Assembly: GCF_026210795.1 (NCBI RefSeq)
Contig: NC_089430.1
Coordinates: forward strand, 1,178,001-1,242,000
DNA: 64,000 nt
Reading direction: 5' to 3'
Source: Rhizophagus irregularis
Taxonomy: Eukaryota
Numbering within the stretch: the first letter of the stretch is position 1; each line of letters begins with the position of its first letter. The position numbers and the translations under genes were made by a program. Below are positions 60,930-64,000 of the stretch, piece after piece. A model generated the notes under the pieces. That model worked only from the letters and a program-made list of their open reading frames with translations, had not been told where the DNA came from and searched no databases.

Positions 60930-63900
60930 ATGCAAAATAATTATCAATTTTACCAATGGCTGGTATCTTCTAATATTTGTATTTGAATAATACATATTTT
61001 TAATGAAGAAAAAGCAATATATGATAAAATTTATATTAATAAAATTTTTAATAATTTTTATTTTTTTTTGTTTTTTTATCAAATTTTCAATTATACAAAA
61101 TAAATATTTATATTTAAGTGATGTATTAAATATGTTTTTAATGAAAAGAAAACAATATATAATGAATTTATTTAATATTCTTTTTAATAAATTTTTTTAT
61201 AATTTTATATTTTTATTTTTTAATTTTTCTTAAAAAACTTTTTAACTTTTAACTTTTCTTAATAAACTTTTTAATTTTTTTGTTTTCTTTTATCAAATTA
61301 TTTTCAATTATACAAAATAATTATCAATTTTACTAATGGCTAGCATTTTCCAATATCTGTATTTAAGCGATATATTAATATTTTTAATGAAGAGAAAGCA
61401 ATATATGATAAAACTTATATAATATTCTTTTTAATAAATTTTTAATAATTTTTATATTTTTTTTAATAAACTTTTTTTATAAACTTTTAATAAAAATTTT
61501 AATTTTTTTTAATAAGCTTTTTAATTTTTTTTAATTTTTTTTGTTAATTTTTTTAACAAATTTTCAATTATACAAAATAATTATTACTGATTTTATTAAT
61601 AACTCAATATTTGTATTTAAGTGATATATTAAACATATTTTTAATGAAAAGAAAACAATATATAATAAACTTATTTAATATTCTTTTTAATAAAATTTTT
61701 TATAATTTTTATAGGAATATATTTTTTTTTCACTTGCAATATGTCACATCTTCCTTTTTTTTGGTAATTTTTATATATTAATTATGTTGATCATTTTGAT
61801 CATATAACTTTGTTAAGATTTCCCATTTTTTTAAAAAATCCTGGTGTGAAACCTTATGCACTTATTATGTACTATAAGAAACCTTATACTATTGTATTTT
61901 TAACCGCTCTGCAAGTTTTCTCAATATATCAAAAGAGATTTAAATTGTCATTTTGACTTTTATATGTAATATGTTATAGGAATCCTTATAAGAAATATGT
62001 ATACGGAAAGGATACGTTTTGTATACATTTTATGTATGTTTTTATAGATTCCGTATACAAATTCCATATATTTAATAAGCAATTCATTTTTGAACATTTT
62101 TTAAAAAAACTAATGTATACGAAAAAAATTAATCATGCAGAATGTATACGGAATTTTTAAACTTAAGATAATTTTACCTATCATAACACAAGATCACATG
62201 ATTGTTTATTGTTTTATTATGATACATTTTTTGTTTTTTATATAAACCCTTACTTGATCTTCTGATCTTCCTTTCTGTCTTTCCTTTCCTTTCTCTTTCT
62301 CTTATCTTATTTTTGTTATTTTTTCTAAATTTTTCTTCTTTCTTTGTCACCCCCTTTTAAAAATAATTTTTTTTTTCGTACCTCACTTTAAAAAAAATTT
62401 TTTTTCGTCACTCTCCTTTGAAAAAAAATTTTTTTTTGTCGCTCCCTTAAAAAAAATTTTTTTCTTTTATTTCCACTCTTCTTTTTTTTGAAAAAAAATT
62501 TCTTCTTTCTATTTCCTTTTCCTTTTTATAAAAAAATTTTTATTTTTCTAACTTTGACGTCCTCCCTTTAAAAAAAAATTTTTTTTTAACTTTCCTAACT
62601 TCGTTATTCCTTTTTTTTAAAAAATATTTTTTTTGGTTTATTCTTTATTCCCCTTTCTTCTTTATTTATATTTAATTTCATAGGCCAGCAGATTTTTTTT
62701 GTGAGAATATTCAGTTTCTTTTTTTTTTGTAGATCAGTTTGGGAGTCCTTTTCTTTTTGTAGGATGATTCAGGATTTTTTTTTTTTTTAAGTCAGTTCAA
62801 ATTTTTTTGTTTTTTTGTATGTTAGGTTCAAATTCTTTTCTTTTTGTAGGTTGTTTCAGTTTTGTTGCTTTAGAGTCTTCTTTTTTTGTAGGTCAGTTTT
62901 GGATTTATTTTGTTGTTTTAGTTTCTTTTTTATCAGATGCTTCATAATTCTTTTCATTTATGTAGGTCAGACATTCTGGAGTTCTCTTTCTTTTTTTGTA
63001 GGAATGCTGACCTTTGGTGACTTGGACGATTGCAGATACTATATGAAGGGGGGGTTTTGTTTCCAATTAAGTTAGACGTTCTTATGTTTCTTTTTTTTGT
63101 TCTTTTAGGTTGTTTGATCCAAATGAACCTGGACTTATAGATAATTTAGGTTGCAATAGGTGGTTTTAATAAAGAGGGAATTTTCATAATGTATTTGTAC
63201 TTTGTTTATTTTTTATTTTTAATTTAATTTAATAAAGTGAAATTAGATTTATGTAAATACAATTATAGTAAACTGTAATACAAATAGTAAATTCAGTGAC
63301 CAAATCATATAAATTTCGTGATAAAATCAGTGATCAAATCATGTAAATTCCATATAAATCCCGTGCAAATTCCATATCCAAACCATATTTTTGGTGATAT
63401 GGAATTGTGCATTTTTCCGTATCCTATTCAAATTATTTTCAATTATACAAAATGATTATCAATTTTACTAATGGCTAGCATTTTCCAATATTTGTATTTA
63501 AATGATATATTAATGTTTTTAATAAAGAAAAAGCAATATATAATAAAACTTATATAATATTCTTTTTAAATAATTTTTTTATTTTTTTTAATAAATTATA
63601 ATAAACTTTTTTTATAAACTTTTTAATTTTTCTTAATGAACATTTTAATTTTTTTTTTTTATCAAATTTTCAATTACAATCAACCCTTGTTATAACAAAC
63701 CCTAGATTCTAGACCTCAACTTCGCTATAAGGCTATAGTGAAGATTTTAAGAGATTTAATTAGTTAATTTATTATAACAAGGGAAATTTATTATAGTTGT
63801 CTGAAAAATTCACTATATCAAGGGTTGACTGTATACAAAATAATTATCAATTTTACTAATAGCTAGCATTTTCCAATATCTGTATTTAAACGATATATTA

Positions 63901-64000
63901 ATGTTTTTAATGAAAAGAAAGCAATATATAATAAAACTTATATAATATTCTTTTTAAATAATTATTATATTTTTTTAATAAATTATAATAAACTTTTTTT
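60930..64000. repeat. AT-rich tandem array of units of about 150-270 bp (TTTTCAATTATACAAAATAATTATCAATTTTACTAATGGCTAGC), interrupted at about 61710-63430
   Basis: Copies at about 60930, 61085, 61300, 61560, 63435 and 63668. Confidence 0.75.
63677..63831. mobile_element. 155-bp Tc1/pogo-type MITE
   Basis: TA|CAATCAACCCTTGTTATA..TATATCAAGGGTTGACTG|TA. Removing it restores the host repeat TTTTCAATTATACAAAAT. Confidence 0.85.

Noticed and set aside
55..63075. Numerous 60-95 aa F/I/K/L-rich ORFs in AT-rich DNA
   Set aside because: They reflect compositional noise in repeats and intergenic DNA, mostly with non-ATG starts.

Overview
Very AT-rich eukaryotic DNA with short GT-AG introns. The gene families (BTB-BACK-TLDc, expanded TKL-like kinases) point to an arbuscular mycorrhizal fungus of the Rhizophagus type; that assignment is an inference. 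The window holds one BTB/BACK/TLDc gene, four kinase loci (one disrupted, one lacking the catalytic Asp), many non-autonomous TIR elements and Helitron ends, and a young Ty3/Gypsy LTR element nested three levels deep. It also holds an intronless, GC-richer gene that may be foreign. The most striking observation is at about 11.9-14.6 kb. What looks like an AT-rich tandem repeat reads as an array of short introns separating 22 canonical 3-nt micro-exons plus one 1-nt exon. Spliced, these join the upstream exons in frame to a kinase and add an Arg-rich tract (ALNDYRRNKKRRRRRRRRNRTFK). The LTR element is also unusual: extended Gag, a -1 frameshift signal with a predicted pseudoknot, a stand-alone integrase ORF, and a fourth ORF in the env position. 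Exon models and coordinates were read by eye and need RNA confirmation.
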